Origin: Balanoglossus misakiensis | Lineage: Eukaryota; Animalia; Hemichordata | Direction of reading: 5' to 3' | NCBI GenBank assembly: GCA_040954595.2 | Contig: CM082579.2 | Location: 15,724,550-15,788,549 of the forward strand | DNA: 64,000 nucleotides | In this document: in pieces, positions 46,901 through 61,900 of the stretch | Layout: every line of letters begins with the position of its first letter | How positions within the stretch are numbered: position 1 is the first letter of the stretch | The notes under the pieces: generated by a model | Seen by the model: the letters and a program-made list of their open reading frames with translations, nothing else | Told to the model about the DNA's origin: nothing | Database searches by the model: none | Made by a program: the position numbers and the translations under genes

Positions 46901-49900
46901 CCCCGGCACACTATGACAGACACTAGCGTTCGTTAGCAACGTTGATCAAGTCAGATTTCCTACGGCATGGCTTGGCTAAAGCCCTGGCACTCTAGAGCAG
47001 AAACACGCGTACAGAGACCACGTTGATCTTCTCACATTTCCTTCGGCCTGGCACGGCTGATGCCCCGGCACTATATATAGGACACAAACTGGCGTAAGTT
47101 AACAACGGTAATCACGTCGGGTTTCCTACGGCCTGGCTCAGCTGAAGCCCCGGCACTCTAGAGCAGAAACAGGCGTACATTGACCACGTTGATCAAGTCA
47201 GATTTCCTACGGCGTGACTCGGCTGGTGCACCGGCTCTATATGACACAGACTGGCGTAAGTTATCAACGGTGATTACGTCGGATTTCCTACGGCCTGGTT
47301 TAGCTGAAGCCCCGGCACTTTAGAGCGGAAACACGCGTACATTGACCACGATGATCAAGTCAGATCTCCTACGGCCTGGCTCGACTAAAACCCCGGCACA
47401 CCATGACAGACACTAGCGTTCGTTAGCAACGGTGATCAAGTCGGATTTCCTTCGGCCTGGCTCTGCAAAAGACCCGACACTCTAGTACAAAGACGTTGGC
47501 TAAGTTGGGCAAACCGAAGAGGGAAAGTCACAGCGGGTCAACACTCGACATTTGTTCCGGTAGGACTGCATTATTGCCTGTCAATTTATAGAGAAAGCCC
47601 GAATTTAACCAGGGCGTTTCAAACACCGACGTTAGTTGGGGGCACGGCCTGCAGTACTGCCGGGTAAGCTGACATCAGCGTACCGCATATAATGTAGGGG
47701 GGGGGAACAGAACGGTTCAATACTACATTTATCAGATATCAGCTAATTTTTGACAATCATCTAAAATGTAAATCATCTTTTCATATTTGGATATCTGATG
47801 ATGTATGAAATTTCCATTATATGTAAAAATGGTGATGATTATAAAAATGCACTCTGAATGAGCTGATTTAATACAAAATTGCGTTTTATTCGTTTTTGCA
47901 CCAAAAAGGTCATTTTTAGTCAAAACATTCTTTATTTTTTTAATTCGGTGACCTTATCATATATAAACAATTGCTTGTATGTTAAAATTTTTTATGACTT
48001 TTAAAAGCAATGACACTGGCGGCATTCAACACGAAAATAACAATTTTAGCCACAATTCGGTCAAAATGGTAAATTTTTGAAAATTACAAAAAATACCTGT
48101 TTTCTACATTTTCGGAAATCTGATGGAGTGTAGAATGCTCTTCGTATGTATATATCGATACAATTTCCACAAAAGACCGTCTAATTTGGCTCACTGCAGA
48201 CAAAATTGCGTTTTACCAAATTTTCCTTGAAAATGTCATTTTTAGAAGAAAAAAAGAAAAAACCTTTGTTCTTCGAATTTGGTGCCCTGATCATATATGA
48301 CATGTTGATTGTATGTTAAAACTCTCGACTACTCCAAAAATGCTGAGATATTGACGGAATTCAAGAAAAATAGCCATTTTGGCCATATTTTGACAAAAAT
48401 GGTAAATTTTTGAAAAATCATAAAAAATTAACTCTTTTCTTCATTTTCGGAAATATTATAGAGCATGAAGTGTCGTTCTCTTGTAAAAAGTGCTGCAAAT
48501 TCCAGAAAAGGCGGTATAATTTGAATCACCCAAGACAAAATTACCATTTTCGACTTTTTTCGAAATATTGTTTTTTTTACAAAATAAATAAGAATAAATT
48601 CTTTTCTTAGTTCCAAACGGGTAGAGATACTTTCCACACGGATTTCTAACATTGAATTCCCGTTCATCAACTCAGATTTCCTACAGCATAAGTCGGCTAA
48701 AACCCTGACACTCTAGAGCAGAAACAGTTGCACACTGGTAACGTTGAACAAGTCGATTTTTCTACGGCCTGGCTCGACTAAAACCCCGGCACACTATGAC
48801 AGACACTAGCGTTCGTTAGCAACGTTGATCAAGTCAGATTTCCTACGGCATGGCTTGGCTAAAGCCCTGGCACTCTAGAGCAGAAACACGCGTACAGAGA
48901 CCACGTTGATCTTCTCACATTTCCTTCGGCCTGGCACGGCTGATGCCCCGGCACTATATATAGGACACAAACTGGCGTAAGTTAACAACGGTAATCACGT
49001 CGGGTTTCCTACGGCCTGGCTCAGCTGAAGCCCCGGCACTCTAGAGCAGAAACAGGCGTACATTGACCACGTTGATCAAGTCAGATTTCCTACGGCGTGA
49101 CTCGGCTGGTGCACCGGCTCTATATGACACAGACTGGCGTAAGTTATCAACGGTGATTACGTCGGATTTCCTACGGCCTGGTTTAGCTGAAGCCCCGGCA
49201 CTTTAGAGCGGAAACACGCGTACATTGACCACGATGATCAAGTCAGATCTCCTACGGCCTGGCTCGACTAAAACCCCGGCACACCATGACAGACACTAGC
49301 GTTCGTTAGCAACGGTGATCAAGTCGGATTTCCTTCGGCCTGGCTCTGCAAAAGACCCGACACTCTAGTACAAAGACGTTGGCTAAGTTGGGCAAACCGA
49401 AGAGGGAAAGTCACAGCGGGTCAACACTCGACATTTGTTCCGGTAGGACTGCATTATTGCCTGTCAATTTATAGAGAAAGCCCGAATTTAACCAGGGCGT
49501 TTCAAACACCGACGTTAGTTGGGGGCACGGCCTGCAGTACTGCCGGGTAAGCTGACATCAGCGTACCGCATACAATGTAGGGGGGGGGGGAACAGAAAGG
49601 TTCAATACTACATTTATCAGATATCAGCTAATTTTTGACAATCATCTAAAATGTAAATCATCTTTTCATATTTGGATATCTGATGATGTATGAAATTTCC
49701 ATTATATGTAAAAATGGTGATGATTATAAAAATGCACTCTGAATGAGCTGATTTAATACAAAATTGCGTTTTATTCGTTTTTGCACCAAAAAGGTCATTT
49801 TTAGTCAAAACATTCTTTATTTTTTTAATTCGGTGACCTTATCATATATAAACAATTGCTTGTATGTTAAAATTTTTTATGACTTTTAAAAGCAATGACA

Positions 49901-52900
49901 CTGGCGGCATTCAACACGAAAATAACAATTTTAGCCACAATTCGGTCAAAATGGTAAATTTTTGAAAATTACAAAAAATACCTGTTTTCTACATTTTCGG
50001 AAATCTGATGGAGTATAGAATGCTCTTCGTATGTATATATCGATACAAATTCCACAAAAGACCGTCTAATTTGGCTCACTGCAGACAAAATTGAGTTTTA
50101 CCAAATTTTCCTTGAAAATGTCATTTTTAGAAAAAAAAATAAAAAACCTTTGTTCTTCGAATTTAGTGCCTGATCATATATGACATGTTGATTGTATGTT
50201 AAAACTTTCGACCACTCCAAAAATGCTGAGATATTGACGGAATTCAAGAAAAAATAGCCATTTTGGCCATATTTTGACAAAAATGGTAAATTTTTAAAAA
50301 ATCATAAAAAATTAACTCTTTTCTTCATTTTCGGAAATATTATAGAGCATGAAGTGTCGTTCTCTTGTAAAAAGTGCTGCAAATTCCAGAAAAGGCGGTA
50401 TAATTTGAATCACCCAAGACAAAATTACCATTTTCGACTTTTTTTCGAAATATTGTTTTTTTTACAAAATAAATAAGAATAAATTCTTTTCTTAGTTCCA
50501 AACGGGTAGAGATACTTTCCACACGGATTTCTAACATTGAATTCCCGTTCATCAACTCAGATTTCCTACAAGTCGGCTAAAACCCTGACACTCTAGAACA
50601 GAAACAGTTGCACACTGGTAACGTTGAACAAGTCGATTTTTCTACGGCCTGGCTCGGCTAAATCTCCGTCACAATATGACAGACACTAGCGTAGGTTAGC
50701 AACGGTGATCAAGTCAGATTTTCTTCGGCATGGCTTGGATAAAGCCCCGGCACTCCAGAGCAGAAACACGCGTACAGAGACCACGCTGATCAAGTCTGAT
50801 CTCCTACGGCTTGGTTCGACTAAAACCCCGGCACACTATGACAGACACTAGCGTTCGTTAGCAACGTTGATCAAGTCAGATTTCCTACGGCATGGCTTGG
50901 CTAAAGCCCTGGCACTCTAGAGCAGAAACACGCGTACAGAAACCACGTTGATCTACTCACATTTCCTTCGGCCTGGCACGGCTGATGCCCCGGCAGTATA
51001 TATAGGACACAGACTTGCGTAAGTTAACAACGGTAATCACGTCGGGTTTCCTACGGCCTGGCTCAGCTGAAGCCCCGGCACTCTAGAGCAGAAACAGGCG
51101 TACATTGACCACGTTGATCAAATCAGATTCCTACGGCGTGACTCCGCTGGTGCACCGGCTCTATATGACACAGACTGGCGTAAGTTATCAACGGTGATTA
51201 CGTCGGATTTCCTACGGCCTGGTTTAGCTCAAGCCCCGGCACTTTAGAGCGGAAACACGCGTACATTGACCACGATGATCAAGTCAGATCTCCTACGGCT
51301 TGGCTCGACTAAAACCCCGGCACACTATGACAGACACTAGCGTTCGTTAGCAACGTTGATCAATTCAGATTTCCTACGGCATGGCTTGGCTAAAGCCCTG
51401 GCATTCTAGAGCAGAAACACGCGTACAGAGACCACATTGATCTACTCACATTTCCTTAGGCCTGGCACGGCTGATGCCCCGCACTATATATAGGACACAG
51501 ACTGGCGTAAGTTAACAACGGTAATCACGTCGGGTTTCCTTCGGCCTGGCTCAGCTGAAGCCCCGGCACTCTAGAGCAGAAACAGGCGTACATTGACCAC
51601 GTTGATCAAATTAGATTCCTTCGGCGTGACTCGGCTGGTGCACCGGCTCTATATGACACAGACTGGCGTAAGTTATCAACGGTGATTACGTCGGATTTCC
51701 TACGGCCTGGTTTAGCTGAAGCCCCGGCACTTTAGAGCGGAAACACGCGTACATTGACCACGATGATCCAGTCAGATCTCCTACGGCCTGGCTCGACTAA
51801 AACCCCGGCACACCATGACAGACACTAGCGTTCGTTAGCAACGGTGATCAAGTCGGATTTCCTTCGGCCTGGCTCTGCAAAACACCCGACACTCTAGTAC
51901 AAAGACGTTGGCTAAGTCGGGCAAACCGAAGAGGGAAAGTCACAGCGGGTCAACACTCGACATTTGTTCCGGTAGGACTACATTATTGCCTGTCAATTTA
52001 TAGAGAAAGCCCGAATTTAACCAGGGCGTTTCAAACACCGACGTTAGTTGGGGGCACGGCCTGCAGTACTGACGGGTAAGCTGACATCGGCGTACCGCAT
52101 TTAATGTAGGGGGGGGGGGGAACAGAACGGTTCAATACTATATTTATTAGATATCAGCTACTTTTGGACAATCATCTAAAATCTAAATCATTTTTTCATA
52201 TTTGGATATCTGATGATGGATGAAATTTCCATTATATGTAAAAATGGTGCTGATTATAAAAAATGCACTCTGAATGAGCTGATTTAATACAAAATTGCGT
52301 TTTATTCGTTTTTGCACCAAAAAGGTCATTTTTAGGCAAAACATTCTTTATTTTTTTATTCGGTGACCTGATCATATATAAGCAATTGCTTGCATGTTAA
52401 AAGTTTTTATGACTTTTAAAAGCAGTGACACTGGCGGCATTCAACACGAAAATAACAATTTTAACCACAATTTGGTCAAAATGGTAAATTTTTGAAAATT
52501 ACAAAAAATACCTGTTTTCTACATTTTCGGAAATCTGATGGAGTATAGAATGCTCTTCGTATATATATATCGATACCAATTCCACAAAAGACCGTCTAAT
52601 TTGGCTCACTGCAGACAAAATTGCGTTTTACCAAATTTTCCTTGAAAATGTCATTTTTAGAAAAATAAAATAAAAAAACCTTCGTTCTTCGAATTTAGTG
52701 CCCTGATCATATATGACATGTTGATTGTATGTTAAAACTTTCGACCACTCCAAAAATGCAGAGATATTGACGGAATTCAAGAAAAAATAGCCATTTTGGC
52801 CATATTTTGACAAAATGGTACATTTTTAAAAAATCATAAAAAATAAAACTCTTTTCTTCATTTTCGGAAATATTATGGAGCATGAAGTGTCGTTCTCTTG

Positions 52901-55900
52901 TAAAAAGTGCTGCAAATTCCAGAAAATGTGGTATAATTTGAATCACCCAAGACAAAATTACCATTTTCGACTTGTTTTCGAAAAATTGTCTTTTTTACAA
53001 AATAAATAAGAATAAATTCTTTTCTTAGTTTCAAACGGGTAGAGATACTTTCCACACGGGTTTTCTAACATTGAATTCCCGTTCATCAACTCAGATTTCC
53101 TACAGCATAAGTCGGCTAAAACCCTGACACTCTAGAGCAGAAACAGTTGCACACTGATAACGTTGAACAAGTCGATTTTTCTACGGCCTGGCTCGGCTAA
53201 ATCTCGTCACAATATGACAGACACTAGCGTACGTTAGCAACGGTGATCAAGTCAGATTTTCAACGGCATGGGTTGGATAAAGCGCCGGCACTCTAGAGCA
53301 GAAACACGCGTACAGAGACCACGTTGATCAAGTCTGATCTCCTACGGCTTGGCTCGACTAAAACCCCGGCACACTATGACAGACACTAGCGTTCGTTAGC
53401 AACGTTGATCAAGTCAGATTTCCTACGGCATGGCTTTGCTAAAGCCCTGACACTCTAGAGCAGAAACACGCGTACAGAGACCACGTTGATCTACTCACAT
53501 TTCCATCGGCCTGGCACGGCTGATGCCCCGGCACTATATATAGGACACAGACTGGCGTAAGTTAACAACGGTGATTACGTCGGATTTCCTACGGCCTGGT
53601 TTAGCTGAAGCCCCGGCACTTTAGAGCGGAAACACGCGTACATTGACCACGTTGATCAAGTCAGATTTCCTTCGGCGTGACTCGGCTGGTGCACCGGCTC
53701 TTTATGACACAGACTGGCGTAAGTTATCAACGGTGATTACGTCGGATTTCCTACGGCCTGGTTTAGCTGAAGCCCCGGCACATTAGAGCGGAAACACGCG
53801 TACATTGACCACGATGATCAAGTCAGATCTCCTACAGCCTGGCTCGATTAGAACCCCGGCACACCATGACAGACACTAGCGTTCGTTAGCAACGGTGATC
53901 AAGTCGGATTTCCTTCGGCCTGGCTCTGCAAAAGACCCGACACTCTAGTACAAAGACGTTGGCTAAGTCGGGCAAACCGAAGAGGGAAAGTCACAGCGGG
54001 TCAACACTCGACATTTGGTCGGGTAGGACTGCATTATTGCCTGTCAATTTATAGAGAAAGCCCGAATTTAACCAGGGCGTTCCAAACACCGACGTTAGTT
54101 GGGGGCACGGCCTGCAGTACTGCCGGGTAAGCTGACATCGGCGTACCGCATATAATGTAAGGGGGGGGGGGGACAGAACGGTTCAATACTACATTTATTA
54201 GATATCAGCTAATTTTGGACAATCATCTAAAATCTAAATCATTTTTTCATATTTGGATATCTGATGATGTATGAAATTTCCATTATATGTAAAAATGGTG
54301 CTTATTATAAAACATGTACTCTGAATGAACTGATTTAATACAAGATTGCGTTTTATTCGTTTTTGCACCAAAAAGGTCATTTTTAGGCAAAACATTCTTT
54401 ATATTTTTAATTCGGTGACCTGATCATATATAAACAATTGCTTGTATGTTAAAAGTTTTTATGACTTTTAAAAGCAGTGACACTGGCGGCATTCATCACG
54501 AAAATAACAATTTTAGCCACAATTTGGTCAAAATGGTAAATTTTTGAAAATTACAAAAAATACCTGTTTTCTACATTTTCGGATATCTGTTGGAGTATAG
54601 AATGCTCTTCGTATGTATATATCGATACAAATTCCACAAAAGACCGTCTATTTTGGCTCACTGCAGACAAAATTGCGTTTTACCAAATTTTCCTTGAAAA
54701 TGTCATTTTTAGAAAAAAAAATAAAAAAACCTTTGTTCTTCGAATTTGGGGCCCTGATCATATATGACATGTTGATTGTATGTTAAAACTCTCGACCACT
54801 CCAAAAATGCAGAGATATTGACGGAATTCAAGAAAAATAGCCATTTTGGCCATATTTTGACAAAAATGGTAAATTTTTGAAAAATCATAAAAAATTAACT
54901 CTTTTCTTCATTTTCGGAAATATTATGGAGCATGAAGTGTCGTTCTCTTGCAAAAAGTGCTGCAAATTCCAGAAAAGGCGGTATAATTTGAATCACCCAA
55001 GACAAAATTACCATTTTCAACTTTTTTTCGAAAAATTGTCTTTTTTTACAAAATAAATAAGAATAAATTCTTTTCTTAGTTTCAAACGGGTAGAGATACT
55101 TTCCACACGGGTTTTCTAACATTGAATTCCCGTTCATCAACTCAGATTTCCTACAGCATAAGTCGGCTAAAACCCTGACACTCTAGAGCAGAAACAGTTG
55201 CACACTGGTAACGTTGAACAAGTCGATTTTTCTACGACCTGGCTCGGCTAAATCTCCGTCACAATATGACAGACACTAGCGTACGTTAGCAACGGTGATC
55301 AAGTCAGATTTTCTACGGCATGGCTTGGATAAAGCCCCGGCACTCTAGAGCAGAAACACGCGTACAGAGACCACGTTGATCAAGTCTGATCTCCTACGGC
55401 TTGGCTCGACTAAAACCCCGGCACACTATGACAGACACTAGCGTTCGTTAGCAACTTTGATCAAGTCAGATTTCCTACGGCATGGCTTAACTAAAGCCCT
55501 GGCACTCTAGAGCAGAAACACGCGTACAGAGACCACGTTGATCTTCTCACATTTCCTTCGGCCTGGCACGGCTGATGCCCCGGCACTATATATAGGACAC
55601 AGACTGGCGTAAGTTATCAACGGTGATTACGTCGGATTTCCTACGGCCTGGTTTAGCTGAAGCCCCGGCACTTTAGAGCGGAAACACGCGTACATTGACC
55701 ACGATGATCAAGTCAGATCTCCTACGGCCTGGCTCGACTAAAACCCCGGCACACCATGACAGACACTAGCGTTCGTTAGCAACGGTGATCAAGTCGGATT
55801 TCCTTCGGCCTGGCTCTGCAAAAGACCCGACACTCTAGTACAAAGACGTTGGCTAAGTCGGGCAAACCGAACAGGGAAAGTCACAGCGGTTCAACACTTG

Positions 55901-58900
55901 ACATTTGTTCCGGTAGGACTGCATTATTGCCTGTCGATTTATAGAGAGAGCCCGAATTTAACCAGGGCGTTTCAAACACCGACGTTTGTTGGGGGCACGG
56001 CCTAAAGTACTGCCGGGTAAGCTGACATCGGCGTACCGCATATAATGTAAGGGGGGGGGGGGGGGGGGCAGAACGGTTCAATACTACATTTATTAGATAT
56101 CAGCTAATTTTGGACAATCATCTAAAATCTAAATCATTTTTTCATATTTGGATATCTGATGATGTATGAAATTTCCATTATATGTAAAATTGGTGCTTAT
56201 TATAAAACATGCACTCTGAATGAACTGATTTAATACAAGATTGCGTTTTATTCGTTTTTGCACCAAAAAGGTCATTTTTAGGCAAAACATTCTTTATTTT
56301 TTTAATTCGGTGACCTGATCATATATAAACAATTGCTTGTATGTTAAAAGTTTTTATGACTTTTAAAAGCAGTGACACTGGCGGCATTCATCACGAAAAT
56401 AACAATTTTAGCCACAATTTAGTCAAAATGGTAAATTTTTGAAATTTACAAAAAATACCTGTTTTCTACATTTTCGGAAATCTGATGGAGTGTAGAATGC
56501 TCTTCGTATGTATATATCGATACAATTTCCACAAAAGACCGTCTAATTTGGCTCACTGCAGACAAAATTGCGTTTTACCAAATTTTCCTTGAAAATGTCA
56601 TTTTTAGAAAAAAAAAGAAAAAACCTTTGTTCTTCGAATTTGGTGCCCTGATCATATATGACATGTTGATTGTATGTTAAAACTCTCGACTACTCCAAAA
56701 ATGCTGAGATATTGACGGAATTCAAGAAAAATAGCCATTTTGGCCATATTGTGACAAAAATGGTAAATTTTTGAAAAATCATAAAAAATTAACTCTTTTC
56801 TTCATTTTCGGAAATATTATGGAGCATGAAGTGTCGTTCTCTTGTAAAAAGTGCTGCAAATTCCAGAAAAGGCGGTATAATTTGAATCACGCAAGACAAA
56901 ATTGCAATTTTTCGACTTTTTTTTCGAAAAATTGTCTTTTTTACAAAATAAATAAGAATAAATTCTTTTCTTAGTTTCAAACGGGTAGAGATACTTTCCA
57001 CACGGGTTTTCTAACATTGAATTCCCGTTCATCAACTCAGATTTCCTACAGCATAAGTCGGCTAAAACCCTGACACTCTAGAGCAGAAACAGTTGCACAC
57101 TGGTAACGTTGAACAAGTCGATTTTTCTACGGCCTGGCTCGGCTAAATCTCCGTCACAATATGACAGACACTAGCGTACGTTAGCAACGGTGATCAAGTC
57201 AGATTTTCTACGGCATGGGTTGGATAAAGCCCCGGCACTCTAGAGCAGAAACACGCGTACAGAGACCACGTTGATCAAGTCTGATCTCCTACGGCTTGGC
57301 TCGACTAAAACCCCGGCACACTATGACAGACACTAGCGTTCGTTAGCAACGTTGATCAAGTCAGATTTCCTACGGCATGGCTTGGCTAAAGCCCTGGCAC
57401 TCTAGAGCAGAAACACGCGTACAGAGACCACGTTGATCTTCTCACATTTCCTTCGGCCTGGCACGGCTGATGCCCCGGCACTATATATAGGACACAAACT
57501 GGCGTAAGTTAACAACGGTAATCACGTCGGGTTTCCTACGGCCTGGCTCAGCTGAAGCCCCGGCACTCTAGAGCAGAAACAGGCGTACATTGACCACGTT
57601 GATCAAGTCAGATTTCCTACGGCGTGACTCGGCTGGTGCACCGGCTCTATATGACACAGACTGGCGTAAGTTATCAACGGTGATTACGTCGGATTTCCTA
57701 CGGCCTGGTTTAGCTGAAGCCCCGGCACTTTAGAGCGGAAACACGCGTACATTGACCACGATGATCAAGTCAGATCTCCTACGGCCTGGCTCGACTAAAA
57801 CCCCGGCACACCATGACAGACACTAGCGTTCGTTAGCAACGGTGATCAAGTCGGATTTCCTTCGGCCTGGCTCTGCAAAAGACCCGACACTCTAGTACAA
57901 AGACGTTGGCTAAGTTGGGCAAACCGAAGAGGGAAAGTCACAGCGGGTCAACACTCGACATTTGTTCCGGTAGGACTGCATTATTGCCTGTCAATTTATA
58001 GAGAAAGCCCGAATTTAACCAGGGCGTTTCAAACACCGACGTTAGTTGGGGGCACGGCCTGCAGTACTGCCGGGTAAGCTGACATCAGCGTACCGCATAT
58101 AATGTAGGGGGGGGGGGGGAACAGAACGGTTCAATACTACATTTATCAGATATCAGCTAATTTTTGACAATCATCTAAAATGTAAATCATCTTTTCATAT
58201 TTGGATATCTGATGATGTATGAAATTTCCATTATATGTAAAAATGGTGCTGATTATAAAAATGCACTCTGAATGAGCTGATTTAATACAAAATTGCGTTT
58301 TATTCGTTTTTGCACCAAAAAGGTCATTTTTAGTCAAAACATTCTTTATTTTTTTAATTCGGTGACCTTATCATATATAAACAATTGCTTGTATGTTAAA
58401 ATTTTTTATGACTTTTAAAAGCAATGACACTGGCGGCATTCAACACGAAAATAACAATTTTAGCCACAATTCGGTCAAAATGGTAAATTTTTGAAAATTA
58501 CAAAAAATACCTGTTTTCTACATTTTCGGAAATCTGATGGAGTATAGAATGCTCTTCGTATGTATATATCGATACAAATTCCACAAAAGACCGTCTAATT
58601 TGGCTCACTGCAGACAAAATTGAGTTTTACCAAATTTTCCTTGAAAATGTCATTTTTAGAAAAAAAAATAAAAAACCTTTGTTCTTCGAATTTAGTGCTT
58701 GATCATATATGACATGTTGATTGTATGTTAAAACTTTCGACCACTCCAAAAATGCTGAGATATTGACGGAATTCAAGAAAAAATAGCCATTTTGGCCATA
58801 TTTTGACAAAAATGGTAAATTTTTAAAAAATCATAAAAAATTAACTCTTTTCTTCATTTTCGGAAATATTATAGAGCATGAAGTGTCGTTCTCTTGTAAA

Positions 58901-61900
58901 AAGTGCTGCAAATTCCAGAAAAGGCGGTATAATTTGAATCACCCAAGACAAAATTACCATTTTCGACTTTTTTTCGAAATATTGTTTTTTTTACAAAATA
59001 AATAAGAATAAATTCTTTTCTTAGTTCCAAACGGGTAGAGATACTTTCCACACGGATTTCTAACATTGAATTCCCGTTCATCAACTCAGATTTCCTACAA
59101 GTCGGCTAAAACCCTGACACTCTAGAACAGAAACAGTTGCACACTGGTAACGTTGAACAAGTCGATTTTTCTACGGCCTGGCTCGGCTAAATCTCCGTCA
59201 CAATATGACAGACACTAGCGTAGGTTAGCAACGGTGATCAAGTCAGATTTTCTACGGCATGGCTTGGATAAAGCCCCGGCACTCCAGAGCAGAAACACGC
59301 GTACAGAGACCACGCTGATCAAGTCTGATCTCCTACGGCTTGGTTCGACTAAAACCCCGGCACACTATGACAGACACTAGCGTTCGTTAGCAACGTTGAT
59401 CAAGTCAGATTTCCTACGGCATGGCTTGGCTAAAGCCCTGGCACTCTAGAGCAGAAACACGCGTACAGAAACCACGTTGATCTACTCACATTTCCTTCGG
59501 CCTGGCACGGCTGATGCCCCGGCAGTATATATAGGACACAGACTTGCGTAAGTTAACAACGGTAATCACGTCGGGTTTCCTACGGCCTGGCTCAGCTGAA
59601 GCCCCGGCACTCTAGAGCAGAAACAGGCGTACATTGACCACGTTGATCAAATCAGATTCCTACGGCGTGACTCCGCTGGTGCACCGGCTCTATATGACAC
59701 AGACTGGCGTAAGTTATCAACGGTGATTACGTCGGATTTCCTACGGCCTGGTTTAGCTCAAGCCCCGGCACTTTAGAGCGGAAACACGCGTACATTGACC
59801 ACGATGATCAAGTCAGATCTCCTACGGCTTGGCTCGACTAAAACCCCGGCACACTATGACAGACACTAGCGTTCGTTAGCAACGTTGATCAATTCAGATT
59901 TCCTACGGCATGGCTTGGCTAAAGCCCTGGCATTCTAGAGCAGAAACACGCGTACAGAGACCACATTGATCTACTCACATTTCCTTAGGCCTGGCACGGC
60001 TGATGCCCCGCACTATATATAGGACACAGACTGGCGTAAGTTAACAACGGTAATCACGTCGGGTTTCCTTCGGCCTGGCTCAGCTGAAGCCCCGGCACTC
60101 TAGAGCAGAAACAGGCGTACATTGATCACGTTGATCAAATTAGATTCCTACGGCGTGACTCGGCTGGTGCACCGGCTCTATATGACACAGACTGGCGTAA
60201 GTTATCAACGGTGATTACGTCGGATTTCCTACGGCCTGGTTTAGCTGAAGCCCCGGCACTTTAGAGCGGAAACACGCGTACATTGACCACGATGATCCAG
60301 TCAGATCTCCTACGGCCTGGCTCGACTAAAACCCCGGCACACCATGACAGACACTAGCGTTCGTTAGCAACGGTGATCAAGTCGGATTTCCTTCGGCCTG
60401 GCTCTGCAAAACACCCGACACTCTAGTACAAAGACGTTGGCTAAGTCGGGCAAACCGAAGAGGGAAAGTCACAGCGGGTCAACACTCGACATTTGTTCCG
60501 GTAGGACTACATTATTGCCTGTCAATTTATAGAGAAAGCCCGAATTTAACCAGGGCGTTTCAAACACCGACGTTAGTTGGGGGCACGGCCTGCAGTACTG
60601 ACGGGTAAGCTGACATCGGCGTACCGCATTTAATGTAGGGGGGGGGGGGGAACAGAACGGTTCAATACTATATTTATTAGATATCAGCTACTTTTGGACA
60701 ATCATCTAAAATCTAAATCATTTTTTCATATTTGGATATCTGATGATGGATGAAATTTCCATTATATGTAAAAATGGTGCTGATTATAAAAAATGCACTC
60801 TGAATGAGCTGATTTAATACAAAATTGCGTTTTATTCGTTTTTGAACCAAAAAGGTCATTTTTAGGGAAACATTCTTTATTCTTTAAATTCGGTGACCTG
60901 ATCATATATAAACAATTGCTTGTATGTTAAAAGTTTTAATGACTTTTAAAAGCAGTGACACTGGCGGCATTCAACACGAAAATAACAATTTTAGCCACAA
61001 TTCGGTCAAAATGGTAAATTTTTGAAAATTACAAAAAATACCTGTTTTCTACATTTTCGGAAATCTGATGGAGTATAGAATGCTCTTCGTATACATATAT
61101 CGATACAAATTCCACAAAAAACGGCCAATTTGGCTCACTGCAGACAAAATTGCGTTTTACCAAATTTTCCTTGAAAATGTCATTTTTAGAAAAAAAAATA
61201 AGAAAAACCTTTGTTCTTCGAATTTGGTGCCCTGATCATATATGACATGTTGATTGTATGTTAAAACTTTCGACCACTCCAAAAATGCAGAGATATTGAT
61301 GGAATTCAAGAAAAAATAGCCATTTTGGCCATATTTTGACAAAAATGGTAAATTTTTAAAAAAATCATAAAAAATTAACTCTTTTCTTCATTTTCGGAAA
61401 TATTATGGAGCATGCAGTGTCGTTCTCTTGTAAAAAGTGCTGCAAATTCCAGAAAAGGCGGTATAATTTGAATCACCCAAGACAAAATTACCATTTTCGA
61501 CTTTTTTTCGAAATATTGTTTTTTTACAAAATAAATAAGAATAAATTCTTTTCTTAGTTCCAAACGGGTAGAGATACTTTCCACACGGATTTCTAACATT
61601 GAATTCCCGTTCATCAACTCAGATTTCCTACAAGTCGGCTAAAACCCTGACACTCTAGAACAGAAACAGTTGCACACTGGTAACGTTGAACAAGTCGATT
61701 TTTCTACGGCCTGGCTCGGCTAAATCTCCGTCACAATATGACAGACACTAGCGTAGGTTAGCAACGGTGATCAAGTCAGATTTTCTACGGCATGGCTTGG
61801 ATAAAGCCCCGGCACTCCAGAGCAGAAACACGCGTACAGAGACCACGCTGATCAAGTCTGATCTCCTACGGCTTGGTTCGACTAAAACCCCGGCACACTA